DNA from: an uncultured Syntrophaceae bacterium
GTDB lineage: Bacteria; Desulfobacterota; Syntrophia; Syntrophales; Fen-1087
Length of the DNA stretch: 64,000 nt
Assembly (NCBI GenBank): GCA_964460245.1
Contig: CAYWTL010000001.1
Location: forward strand, 56 to 64,055
Direction of reading: 5' to 3'
Positions 1 through 9,300 of this stretch are shown here, in pieces. How positions within the stretch are numbered: position 1 is the first letter of the stretch; each line of letters starts with the position of its first letter. The position numbers and the translations under genes are program-made. The notes beneath the pieces were generated by a model. It saw only the letters and a program-made list of their open reading frames with translations. It ran no database searches and was not told where the DNA came from.

Positions 1-81
1 GTAGACCATGAAGGTCCATTTAGCCTGGGTGGTGATTCGGCTACCTGCCCTACCTGCTCTGTCTTCTCCAGCCTTTTCCAT
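1..81 (-). CDS. 5' end of an unidentified gene running off the left edge (partial)
   Basis: On the minus strand, ATG (81-79) is preceded by GGAGG 5 nt upstream. The frame stays open to position 1 (MEKAGEDRAGRAGSRITTQAKWTFMVY...). It is too short for any family call. Confidence 0.35.
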   Translation of the reverse strand, partial: MEKAGEDRAGRAGSRITTQAKWTFMVY

Positions 82-358
82 ATGCGCCTCCTTTTTTGGA
101 GGCATGGTAAATGCTGATAAAAACAAAAGTCTAAGAACAAGGCGTCTATAGACGCTATAGACACGATAGGCAGAGATTATTTATCTCCGATACCGCCGTG
201 CAGCATCATGAGGTCAAGGAGAAGGCGCTGATTTACAGATGTTTTTAAATTGACAGTTTGGCCGATCTCATCTATTCTGAAAGTGGAATTGAATTGTTTT
301 CGTAGGATATTTCGGTTTGTGGATGCGGAAACGATTCCAAGAAAAGGGAGGGTGAAAC

Positions 359-658
359 ATGTCGCTGACAGCCCAAAAACTGGATTACCCCTATATCACG
401 GCGGATCCCGGTATTGCCGGAGGGCGGCCGGTGATCGCGGGGACCAGGATCACCGTCAACTGCATTGCCGGATATTACCAGCTCGGCATGAGCATAGACG
501 AGATCCTTGACAGCCTTCGCCACCTGACCCCATCCCAGGTCCATTCCGCCCTGGCCTATTACTTCGACCACCAGGACGAAATCAACGCGGACCTGGAAGA
601 GGCTGGAAACGTCGAATACTGGAAGAGTCAGGTCCAGGCTCATCCTGCGCGGCAATAG
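359..658 (+). CDS. DUF433-family small protein (antitoxin-like partner of the downstream PIN-like gene)
   Basis: 99-aa ORF with GGGAGGG 6 nt upstream of the ATG. The sequence DPGIAGGRPVIAGTRITV..ILD matches my memory of the DUF433 signature. The next gene follows 14 nt later. Confidence 0.75.
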   Translation: MSLTAQKLDYPYITADPGIAGGRPVIAGTRITVNCIAGYYQLGMSIDEILDSLRHLTPSQVHSALAYYFDHQDEINADLEEAGNVEYWKSQVQAHPARQ

Positions 659-672
659 CGTAACGGCGACCG

Positions 673-1011
673 ATGAAACTGAAACTCTTCCTGGACGAGG
701 ATATTCACACCGGCCTGTCCCATGCCTTACGGCAGAGGGGATATGATGTCGTCCACGCCCAGGATCTGAAGCGAAAAGGAAAATCAGACAGCGAGCAACT
801 CGCCTTTGCCGTTCAGGAAGAACGCTGCCTCGTCACCTTCAACGTCCGGGACTTTGTCCATCTCCACAATGAGTATGCGGCACAGAACCGGGAACACTGG
901 GGGATCATCGTTTCCCGACAGATGCCCATCGGCGAGACGCTCAGGCGACTGCTGAAGAAGGTCGGTCTGGCAACCCGGGAGGATTTAAGGAACCGGGTCG
1001 AGTTTTTGTGA
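673..1011 (+). CDS. DUF5615-family PIN-like protein (putative toxin)
   Basis: 112-aa ORF. The N-terminal KLFLDEDI and the acidic residues typical of Mut7-C/PIN-like DUF5615 are present. DUF5615 is classically paired with DUF433. Confidence 0.7.
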   Translation: MKLKLFLDEDIHTGLSHALRQRGYDVVHAQDLKRKGKSDSEQLAFAVQEERCLVTFNVRDFVHLHNEYAAQNREHWGIIVSRQMPIGETLRRLLKKVGLATREDLRNRVEFL

Positions 1012-1190
1012 TAAACGCGGATAGGGGACAGGGGACAGGCGGAAATGGCGGCCGTAGATGTAACTAAAAGGTAACCGCCGCATCCGAAGACAAACCCATA
1101 AAACCGAATCTGATCCAAAATGCTCTTTCTAACTGCTTGATACATAAGCGATTAATTTATGATGGGGAATCGCCTATTTTAAATTTTCGT

Positions 1191-1255
1191 CTTCAAATCC
1201 GGTGTGGGGCGCTAAAACCGTCCCAGGTGGGTTCGATTCCCATGCACTTCCGCCA
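1191..1255 (+). tRNA. Truncated tRNA-Sec (selC) 3' portion, from anticodon loop to CCA; no 5' half present
   Basis: CTTCAAATCC GGTGTGGGGCGCTAAAACCGTCCCAGG TGGGTTCGATTCCCAT GCACTTCC G CCA aligns almost base for base with the E. coli selC 3' part (CTTCAAATCCAGTTGGGGCCGCCAGCGGTCCCGGGCAGGTTCGACTCCTGTGATCTTCCGCCA). It has the UCA anticodon, a long variable arm, an 8-nt acceptor strand, discriminator G and CCA. The complementary GGAAGTGC acceptor 5' strand is absent in the 100 nt upstream. Confidence 0.7.
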
Positions 1256-1601
1256 ATTTATTTTCAAGCACTTAGTGCATGTCATCTTTTTATACCCTGT
1301 CACCCATCAATGCGGTGTCTTCCTTTTTTGTATAGTTGGCGATTCATTGATGGTATTATCCAAGATGTCAACTGCTTTAAATTTGTGAGAAGGAGCAAGG
1401 TGGGCGTAACGGAGGGTCATCGTCAAGGTCTTATGGCCTTCTGAGTAACGCGGAAGCATTAGACTGCCGAGCCGCTTCCGAGTACATTTCTGAGCAATCG
1501 CGACCGCGGCAGCGCGATTATCGCATGATTCGAGCGTCTCCGGCCGTCTTAACGATTAGAGCAGAGAAGGTTGACGATTGGTTTACGAATACGGATTGAA
1601 C

Positions 1602-3419
1602 CTATTTCTGGATACTGCCGAGTAGTTCATCGGCGATACTCGGATTTTCGAGCCGCATAATACTCTCTTCCGAACGGCCGAAGCTTAAGAGGTTGATGCT
1701 CCCATACCAAACGATCCTCTGATCAAAGATCGCGAGTTTCTGATGAATGTTCGATTTGAACACTACATTGACACCTGCGGCGTGGAAGAGGGACAGTGCT
1801 TCTTCCAGAGATGTCCGATCCTTCTCCCGAAAATCGGATGCCGGTCTTGTAACGACAATCACCTTGACATCACGTCCCCTCGCAGAGGCCAGTAAAGGAA
1901 GCATCTGCGACACTCGCCTTTTTGTAACAAAGGGGCTGACGATCAGGATCTCCCGAGCCACAGTCAAGAGATCATTTTGGTAAACCGACAGAAATGTTGT
2001 GTTATCGAAAATAATGTCTATCGATCTACCGGAAACGATTTCCGCCCTCGCCTTGTATCCGATTGCAGAGTATCCGACCAGCCGCTTGTGGTACATCTTC
2101 TCCAGCATGGGGACGTGGACGTCAATGTAGTCATAGACCCGGACCTCCCGCTTGCCTTCATAGAGTCGGTGAAGCCGGCCCGCGTATTGTTGGAGCGTTC
2201 CTTTCCAGGAGATGGGCATGGCCAGAAAAAGCGTATCCAGGCGGGGCTCGTCGAATCCCTCGCCGATATATCTCCCGGTCGCAATCAGAGTCAGCGGCCT
2301 GTCGGCAGGCGCTTCAGAAACCTTTGCCAACGCTTCCCGGGCTTCTTTCGCTCTCTTGCCCCCTGTCAGGGCAATCAAGTCCGGGATCTGTTCCCGTAAT
2401 CTCTCCGCCAACAAGGCCACATAGGCGGTTCTCTCGGTGAGCACCAGGGCGTTACCGCCGCTTTGGAAGCAACGGACCACGTCCTCGACAATTCGCTCAT
2501 TTCTCGGTTCGTTCAAGGCGATGGCGGCGTAGAGTCGCTGGATCGACGGTTCCTTCCCTTCTTCCAGCGGAGCCCGGAAGCTCGTCAGTCGAGGAATGAC
2601 ATAATGGTCGAAGGGTCTCTTCTCCGCCTGCTTTCTGGCGTCCACTCGGTAACGGATCGGCCCGCAATGCATAAAGATGATCGGATGATGGCCATCTTGA
2701 CGCGTCGGGGTGGCTGTTAAGCCATAGACGTATTTTGCGTGAACGCCCTTGAGGATCTGCTCGAAGCTGAATGCCGGTACATGATGACATTCATCGACGA
2801 TCAACATGCCGTAATTCTTGATCAACGCCTTGACCTCATCGCTGCTGTTTAAAGACTGCATGATCGCCACGTCAATGATGCCGCTCGGACAGGACTTGCC
2901 TGCCCCGATCTGGCCGATAAGGCTTTGCTTCCTTTTGCGTCCCCTCTTCTTCTCCAAAAAGGGCAAGGCTTTGTCGATCTCCAGGAACTCGGATAGTTTC
3001 GCCGTCCACTGAGAGAGTAACTGCCTGCGGTGCGTCAAAATCAGCGTACTGACTTTTCGTTCGGCGATCAGCTTCGCGGCGATGACCGTTTTGCCGAAGG
3101 CCGTGGTTGCCGAAAGAACACCGATGTCGTGTTTCAGTATTTCTTCTGCCGCAGTGTTCTGCTCCTCTCTCAGGTTCCCCTTGAATGTGATGTGGATGCA
3201 CCTTCCCGAACAGGTATGATCCGACCATGCAGTCCTGACGCCGGCCTCGGCAAGCAGGCCCTCGACATCGGCGCCGCACCCTCTGGGCAGGCACAGGTAT
3301 TCCGGGGTTTCATCCGAACAGGAGATGACCCTCGGCTTGTCATAGGTCGGCAGCCGCAATGCCTGGGCCTTATAAAACTCCGGGTTTCTGAAGGCGGCCA
3401 GCCTTTTGAGCGTATTCAA
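1602..3419 (-). CDS. SF2 (ResIII/DEAD-like) helicase with a C-terminal single-HKD PLD/NucT-like nuclease domain
   Basis: Helicase motifs are present: TAFGKT (I), VDECHH (II), LTATP (III), GEGFD...QYAGRLHR (V/VI). The C-terminus has HQKLAIFD...GSINLL (HxKxxxxD + GSxN). The start is a TTG in the same frame as the upstream AEP ORF. Confidence 0.85.
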   Translation of the reverse strand: MNTLKRLAAFRNPEFYKAQALRLPTYDKPRVISCSDETPEYLCLPRGCGADVEGLLAEAGVRTAWSDHTCSGRCIHITFKGNLREEQNTAAEEILKHDIGVLSATTAFGKTVIAAKLIAERKVSTLILTHRRQLLSQWTAKLSEFLEIDKALPFLEKKRGRKRKQSLIGQIGAGKSCPSGIIDVAIMQSLNSSDEVKALIKNYGMLIVDECHHVPAFSFEQILKGVHAKYVYGLTATPTRQDGHHPIIFMHCGPIRYRVDARKQAEKRPFDHYVIPRLTSFRAPLEEGKEPSIQRLYAAIALNEPRNERIVEDVVRCFQSGGNALVLTERTAYVALLAERLREQIPDLIALTGGKRAKEAREALAKVSEAPADRPLTLIATGRYIGEGFDEPRLDTLFLAMPISWKGTLQQYAGRLHRLYEGKREVRVYDYIDVHVPMLEKMYHKRLVGYSAIGYKARAEIVSGRSIDIIFDNTTFLSVYQNDLLTVAREILIVSPFVTKRRVSQMLPLLASARGRDVKVIVVTRPASDFREKDRTSLEEALSLFHAAGVNVVFKSNIHQKLAIFDQRIVWYGSINLLSFGRSEESIMRLENPSIADELLGSIQK

Positions 3420-3449
3420 CCCCCTCTGGGAAATTCCCTCCTTTTCGAT

Positions 3450-4508
3450 TTAAAGCATATTCGCTTTGACCAGCCGCACTTCCTGCGGGAAATCACTCCC
3501 GGACCATCGCATCCGAACCGACTCCCACGGTTTTCCGGCTTCCTCATCGTCCGCCCGAAGCACTCCCAGTTCGTTTCCGGGACTCAACCGCGGGATAAGT
3601 CCCGCGATCTCCTCTTCGGACAATTTTCCGATGCCGGCCATGAAACCCCATTGGTCCTCATAAGGACGGAAGTTCTCATCCACGAAGACGCTTTTGCCTT
3701 GCTCCCTGGCCGTCTTCTGGAGGGGAAGAGCGATAAGGTTTCCGAAGCCACCCTTCGGCAAGGTGTCCTGATTGGGGAAGAAGCGGTCGTAAGATTTGAA
3801 GGTCAGTTCATGCCTTCGGCTCATGGCACAGGTCAGGAGGGCGGAACCAAACTTCCGCGCCAGGCCTGCGGGAAGGGGCTCCATAAAGAAAAACCAGGCA
3901 TGCGCCCCGTTTCCGGAACGGGAACGCTCCAAGGCCACGGGGATGCCGAAAGTATTGCATACTTCCCTGAGCGCGACGCAGTCCATTTGCCAACCTTCAT
4001 CGTCAAAATCGATGGCCAGAAGATGGCACAGATCATCCCGGCGCAGGGGGTAGAGGCCGGCGACAACACTCCCTCGGAGATGTGCCTCGATGACCTTTTC
4101 GTCCAGAGGATCGTATGATGGGTGAGGACAGTCAAAGCATTTCACTGTCGGTTTTCGGCAGATGCCCGCTTTCCATTCGTTTCGACAAACCGGTGCGTAT
4201 CCTACCCTGCCCTCTCGGTTCTGCCATCTCTTGGCGTACACATCCGCCCGTCCCTTGAACAGAGACATGAACAAGTGGATCTTTCCCGCCGCATTGAGTT
4301 GAGTGAGGATTCCCGAAGGATATTCCGCATTCGGAACATCCGATCTTTCATTTGCCGAAAACAGATGGGACTTAGGGTCTTGATCAGGATTCGGCAATCG
4401 ATCAGTAATCCCCAACCTTGCCTTCAGACGCTCGTTCTGTTCCCGTAGAGCGCTGTTTTCGGCAAGCAACGCCCGGTATTTTTGAAGCAATCCACTATCA
4501 TTTTCCAC
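3450..4508 (-). CDS. Archaeo-eukaryotic primase (AEP/PrimPol)-like domain protein with an N-terminal coiled coil; resembles TOTE-type conflict-system primase domain
   Basis: AEP motifs are present: AIDFDD (DxD) and GNGAHAWFFF (sGxGxH). A Cys-rich CRNEW..C..KC.DCPH segment is also present. The ORF ends in TAA exactly 30 nt upstream of, and in frame with, the helicase/PLD ORF. Confidence 0.7.
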   Translation of the reverse strand: MENDSGLLQKYRALLAENSALREQNERLKARLGITDRLPNPDQDPKSHLFSANERSDVPNAEYPSGILTQLNAAGKIHLFMSLFKGRADVYAKRWQNREGRVGYAPVCRNEWKAGICRKPTVKCFDCPHPSYDPLDEKVIEAHLRGSVVAGLYPLRRDDLCHLLAIDFDDEGWQMDCVALREVCNTFGIPVALERSRSGNGAHAWFFFMEPLPAGLARKFGSALLTCAMSRRHELTFKSYDRFFPNQDTLPKGGFGNLIALPLQKTAREQGKSVFVDENFRPYEDQWGFMAGIGKLSEEEIAGLIPRLSPGNELGVLRADDEEAGKPWESVRMRWSGSDFPQEVRLVKANML

Positions 4509-4544
4509 AGAGCAGCCCTCTGTCTGTCTTCCCTCAGAAACACT

Positions 4545-5759
4545 TCATCGAGACAAGGTGGGATACAGATCCGGGAAAAACCAGCTCGCGGCATGGATCG
4601 GGAACCCAAGACGAACGTCGCCTTTCGGCGTACTCGAAATGAGCAGCCCATCCATGATAAGTTGTCCCAGGAGACTTCTCCCCGTCCGTTCTTTGAGTCC
4701 TGACGCCTCGATGACGGCGCCCCGGGCTGCTTCACCCTTCACCAATACCTCCTGGAGCATTCGGGCCGATTCATTCCTCAAAGCTTTCTCCCCTGCAGGG
4801 CCGGGGATGATGCCGGAGCCGCGGAGTTCAATGTATCGCCGGATGCGTTCAACCAACTCTTCCAATCGCAGCAGGCCCCCCATGTATTCCACTTGGTCGA
4901 GACAGGCCTCCAGGAAGAAGCGGCAAAAAGAAATCAGCCCCTCATTGGACAGGTTACCCCTGCCGTCCAGATCATTCCGGCGAGGAGCATCGGCCTGAGA
5001 AAGGGCGGACTTGTATTCAATATTTCTCCGGGCCAACCCCCGGCTGACCGACCAGAGGCCGAAGCCACGGACAGGTATCCGGTGAAGGTAGGACTCGGTG
5101 AATAGGCGCGCCACCCGGCCGTTGCCGTCGAGAAAGGGGTGAATCCACATCAACCGATGGTGGGCCGCAGCGGCTGCAACAAGTTTCAGCGAACCATGAT
5201 GCCTGTCCGGCGCATAAAAGCCACTAAAACGGTCGAGAAACGCCTTTAGCGCCCCATGCTCCGGCGGTTGGTGGTAGCCTACTCGGACGGACTCTTCACG
5301 GAGTTCTCCCGGCACGACCCGCCTTTCCTTTCCCGTTTCAGGATTCTTCACAACCCGAAACTCCTCCGGCAGTTGCCGGTAAAACTCACGGTGGAGGTCA
5401 CAGAGAAATTCCCGGCCGGTTACATAGACTTCCGGTTCTTCCTGCAGCTTCTTCTCCATATCCCTCTGGACGGTGATATGGGCAACACTTTCCATCTGAA
5501 GATTGCGTTTTGCCGGTTCGGAATCATACTCCTTCTGCATGGCGCGAACGATGTCGTAAGGGTGGGTGTTATGACCCTCGATCAGATTGGAATAGTAGCT
5601 GTTGATGATCCTGAGCAGCTCATGAAGCGTGTTGAGTGTCACGGGATGCTGCCGGGTGCCGAGCGCAGCGGATTTTTGGATCACCTCTAGGGCGAGGTCT
5701 TGAAGATCGTCCGCCTCTTCGGGCAGGAGTGGCGTCATTTGGTGGATTTGCGTTCGCAT
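4545..5759 (-). CDS. Fic/DOC family protein (AMPylase-type) with an N-terminal inhibitory-helix motif
   Basis: Canonical Fic motif HPFLDGNGRVARL. The upstream SNLIEG matches (S/T)xxxE(G/N). GAGGGAG is the SD before the ATG at 5759. Confidence 0.9.
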   Translation of the reverse strand: MRTQIHQMTPLLPEEADDLQDLALEVIQKSAALGTRQHPVTLNTLHELLRIINSYYSNLIEGHNTHPYDIVRAMQKEYDSEPAKRNLQMESVAHITVQRDMEKKLQEEPEVYVTGREFLCDLHREFYRQLPEEFRVVKNPETGKERRVVPGELREESVRVGYHQPPEHGALKAFLDRFSGFYAPDRHHGSLKLVAAAAAHHRLMWIHPFLDGNGRVARLFTESYLHRIPVRGFGLWSVSRGLARRNIEYKSALSQADAPRRNDLDGRGNLSNEGLISFCRFFLEACLDQVEYMGGLLRLEELVERIRRYIELRGSGIIPGPAGEKALRNESARMLQEVLVKGEAARGAVIEASGLKERTGRSLLGQLIMDGLLISSTPKGDVRLGFPIHAASWFFPDLYPTLSR

Positions 5760-5772
5760 GTTGCTCCCTCGA

Positions 5773-5796
5773 TTTGCCGATATTTTTGCCGATCTA
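5773..5796. repeat. Two tandem 12-bp repeats (TTTGCCGATnnn) immediately upstream of the Fic start
   Basis: The sequence is tttgccgatatt|tttgccgatcta. The GCCGAT cores at 5776 and 5788 are 12 nt apart. Confidence 0.6.
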
Positions 5797-5861
5797 ATAA
5801 TTTATTTAGTTCATATTTACAAGGTATTTTATACTAATAGGGCGTTTTAAGCTACCATTTA

Positions 5862-5897
5862 TGCCGATAGTTTTGCCGATAGTTCGGCCGATGGAGG
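5862..5897. repeat. Three tandem 12-bp repeats (TGCCGATAGTTn) about 100 bp upstream of Fic
   Basis: The sequence is tgccgatagttt|tgccgatagttc|ggccgatggagg. The GCCGAT cores lie at 5863, 5875 and 5887. Confidence 0.6.
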
Positions 5898-6235
5898 ATA
5901 GCTAGACTGGCCAGTTAAACGATTTTCAAGAAAATGACCGGTCTTTAAGGTCTATTTTGCAATGAGAACAATGGGTTAGTAATGAAAGCGACTGTAATTA
6001 AAATTGTAACCGTCGTGTAACTAAACTGTTACCGTCCTAACCGAAAATTTTCCTAGATGCTGATCGAAACACGCTACAATTATGTTGCATTTTCACAAAA
6101 AATTCCTGATTGCTGTTCATGTGGTTTTACCTCGAAGAAAGTCACAATATTCTCAATGTAATTAATTTAATTAGATTTTTGGAACAACCTTTCAAGCAGT
6201 ACCATCTATCGTGTTACAATCTATCGCGTGAACAC

Positions 6236-6264
6236 TTGACAACCGATATAACAGATGCTATATA
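6236..6264 (+). promoter_or_regulatory. Sigma70-like promoter of the large defence operon (TTGACA-17-TATATA)
   Basis: TTGACA at 6236-6241, an exact 17-nt spacer, then TATATA at 6259-6264. It sits about 40 nt upstream of the helicase ATG in an AT-rich 540-bp intergenic region. The direct repeat ATCTATCG occurs at 6204-6211 and 6219-6226, just upstream. Confidence 0.5.
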
Positions 6265-6305
6265 GTTCTTGACATTTTGATGGACGGGAGAGACAAAATA
6301 CTTTG

Positions 6306-9300
6306 ATGGCCGACCAGAAATCCATAGGAATCAAACTTCAAGACGATTATCCCGAGCGGATCAAAAGGCTCCGTGCCGGTCTCGGTCTTACTCAGCAATC
6401 GTTGGCTAATGCACTTGGAGTCTCCTTTGCCACCGTCAATCGATGGGAGAACGGCCAAACCAAGCCCTCGCAACTCTCCTGGAATCAGCTTCGTCAATTG
6501 GAGATGAGTCTCAAGGAAGAAGCGGCTCCCGATCGATCAAATAACGAGAAACCCCCACCGCCCATTCTCGATTTCACGGCCTCACCGGAGATCGTGAAAA
6601 TGCTTGCCGAAGGCGAGAGACTCTCCTTCGGCCATCTGATGAACCCTACCTTCGCCACGGAAATCTCAAGCATCGATCCTCTGCCCCACCAGCGCATCGC
6701 CGTCTATGATCACATGATGAAGCAGGCAAGGCTTCGATTTCTATTGGCCGACGATGCGGGCGCGGGGAAAACCATCATGGCCGGCCTTTACATCCGCGAG
6801 ATGCTTTCCCGTCGCCTGCTGAAGCGCATCTTGATCGTGCCACCTGCCGGTTTGGTGGGAAACTGGCGACGCGAGCTTTTGAAGCTTTTCAGCCTCTCTT
6901 TCCACATCGTCAGCGGCAACGATACCCGTCACGGGAACCCCTTCGCCGGTGAAAACGGTGATCAGGTCATCGTCAGTATCGATACCCTATCCAGCTCACG
7001 CGTTTTTTTCTGTCTGAAGGATCCCCGCGTTGCCCCTTACGACCTCGTCATTTTTGACGAGGCGCACAAGTTGGCGGCAAACCGTGGTCCGGATCTCCGC
7101 ATTCGGAAGACAGAACGTTACTGTCTGGCCGAGGCCTTAGCCGGCGTGAAAAGCAATGATCGACGCTGGCAATTGGACTGGAGCGCCTACCATCTCTTGC
7201 TGCTCACAGCCACGCCTCATATGGGCAAGGATTATCCTTACTACGCCCTCTGGCGGCTCTTGGAGCCCGAGGTTTTGTCCACGCCAGATGCCTTCGGCGA
7301 ATATCCGGCGGATCAGCGGCAAGCCCATTTCATCCGTCGGACGAAAGAGGAAATGGTGTACCCCGATGGCCGCCCCCTCTACCCCAGGCGTATCTCCGAT
7401 ACCCTGGGCTACCTTTTGACTCAAGGTGACGTCAGCGAACAACGGCTTTATGACGAAACAACGGACTACCTGCGCTACGTATACAACAAGGCCAAGCTCC
7501 TGAACCGGGAGGCGGCAAGACTGGCCATGAGCGTATTTCAGCGACGCATGGCCAGTTCGACATATGCACTCCTGCGCTCCTTTGAACGGCGCGTCGAAAA
7601 ACTGAGTATCCTTATCGACGAGATCCAGGACGGAAAACTTAGTCCCGAAGCACTTGTTGCCCGCCAGCAACGGTTGCACCTGGAAGACGACGTCTTCGAT
7701 GCGAAAACAGCCGACGACGAGATTTCCGACGAGGAACGCGAGGAAAATGAAGCGGCCGAGGACAGGCTCCTACAAGGCGTTGTCGCCGCCTCATTGTCAG
7801 ACCTGCTGGCGGAAAGGGAACAGGTTCGGCAACTTCTCGACCTGGCGAAGCAGGTTTATGAATCAGGTCAGGAATCAAAATTCGAAAAGCTTCGGGAAGC
7901 ATTGACCGATCCCCGTTACAGCGACGAGAAATTCATCATCTTTACCGAGCATCGCGACACCCTCCTTTTCCTCGTGAGACGCTTGAGTGGGATGGGATAC
8001 ACCGACCAGATCGCCCAGATCCATGGTGGTATGCACTATAGCCAGAGGGAAGAAGAGGTCGAACGATTCCGAAAACCGGTCACCGAGGGAGGTACGCGTT
8101 TTCTGATCTGCACGGATGCAGCGGGCGAAGGCATCAATCTCCAGTTCTGTTGGATCATGATCAACTACGACGTTCCCTGGAATCCGGCCCGGCTGGAACA
8201 GCGGATGGGGCGCATCCATCGTTACCTCCAAAAGCACGATCCCGTGATCATTCTGAACCTGGTTGCCCCATCCACCCGTGAAGGAAAGGTTATCAAAACA
8301 CTCCTCGACAAGCTGGAAAAAATCCGCAAGGAACTTCAGTCCGACAAGGTTTTTGACTGTATCGGCCGCTTCTTTGAAGGGGTATCCATCAAGCAATACA
8401 TGGAGCTGGCCGTGACCGAAGACGCTGAAACGGTCGCCCGTGAACTGGATGGACGGCTGACAAAGGAACAGATTGAAGCCTTGGCAGAACGGGAGAGATC
8501 TCTCTATGGCGGTGGCGGCGACGTGGCCGGCGAGCTTCCGCGCCTTCGCGCCGACCTGGAGCGGGAAGTGCACTTCCATTTGCTCCCCGGCTATGTGCGG
8601 CAGTATATCGAACAGGCCGCCCCGCTCGTGAATATTGAGATCGCGGGCGATCCAGGCGGCATCTTCTCCTTGCATCCGAAACGATTGGGCGCCATGGATG
8701 CGCTATTACCGGATCTGGAGTTATACCCCGAAAAGACGCGGGAACGGTTTTCCGTTTCCCGGACCACGGATCTGCTGGCACCTGATGTAAAAACGGGGAA
8801 GGACGATTTCATTTGGCTCCATCCCGGTGATCCGGTTTTTGAACGATTCCGATCTCTGGTAGCCGAGTACCTGGGCAATCAAGGTAAGCGCGGCGCCGTC
8901 TTTATCGACCCCAATACCGAAAAGCCCTATCTCTTTCACATGGCCCTCATCCATATCGTTCGCAAGGCCGATCCGGAAATCCCAAGACTGGCCAAGGACG
9001 AGTTGCTGGATTGTCGCCTGGTCGGTGTGAAACAATATGAAGGCGCGGAAATTTCACTCTGCCCCGTCGAACATCTTCTCCTTTTGCGGGGTGGAAGTGG
9101 CCTGCCTGCATCAGCTCAGCGACTGGCCGTGCGGGCCAACGAGGAAAAGGGTCATGTCCTGGCCTACCTTTCTGAACGAGTGGCCCGGGAATTGGCGCTT
9201 GATCGACGGCAGAGCTTACTGGATAGCCTCCCCGAACGAGAGAATTTTCTGCAAAGAGGCTTTGATTGCCAGGAAGCAGAGTTGGCGCTGTCTCGCGCCC

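Noticed and set aside
1137-1444. 83-aa and 80-aa plus-strand ORFs spanning the tRNA-Sec fragment.
   Set aside because: They read through the tRNA-like sequence, and their composition is not protein-like.
3030-4118. 362-aa plus-strand ORF antisense to the AEP and helicase genes.
   Set aside because: It has no motifs and no SD. It is antisense to two ORFs that have clear catalytic motifs.
5773-5897. CRISPR array.
   Set aside because: The repeats are only 12 bp, directly tandem, without spacers, and number at most three per cluster.
6258-6497. 79-aa minus-strand ORF across the operon promoter and helicase start.
   Set aside because: It overlaps the promoter and the HTH-coding region. It has no SD and no motif.
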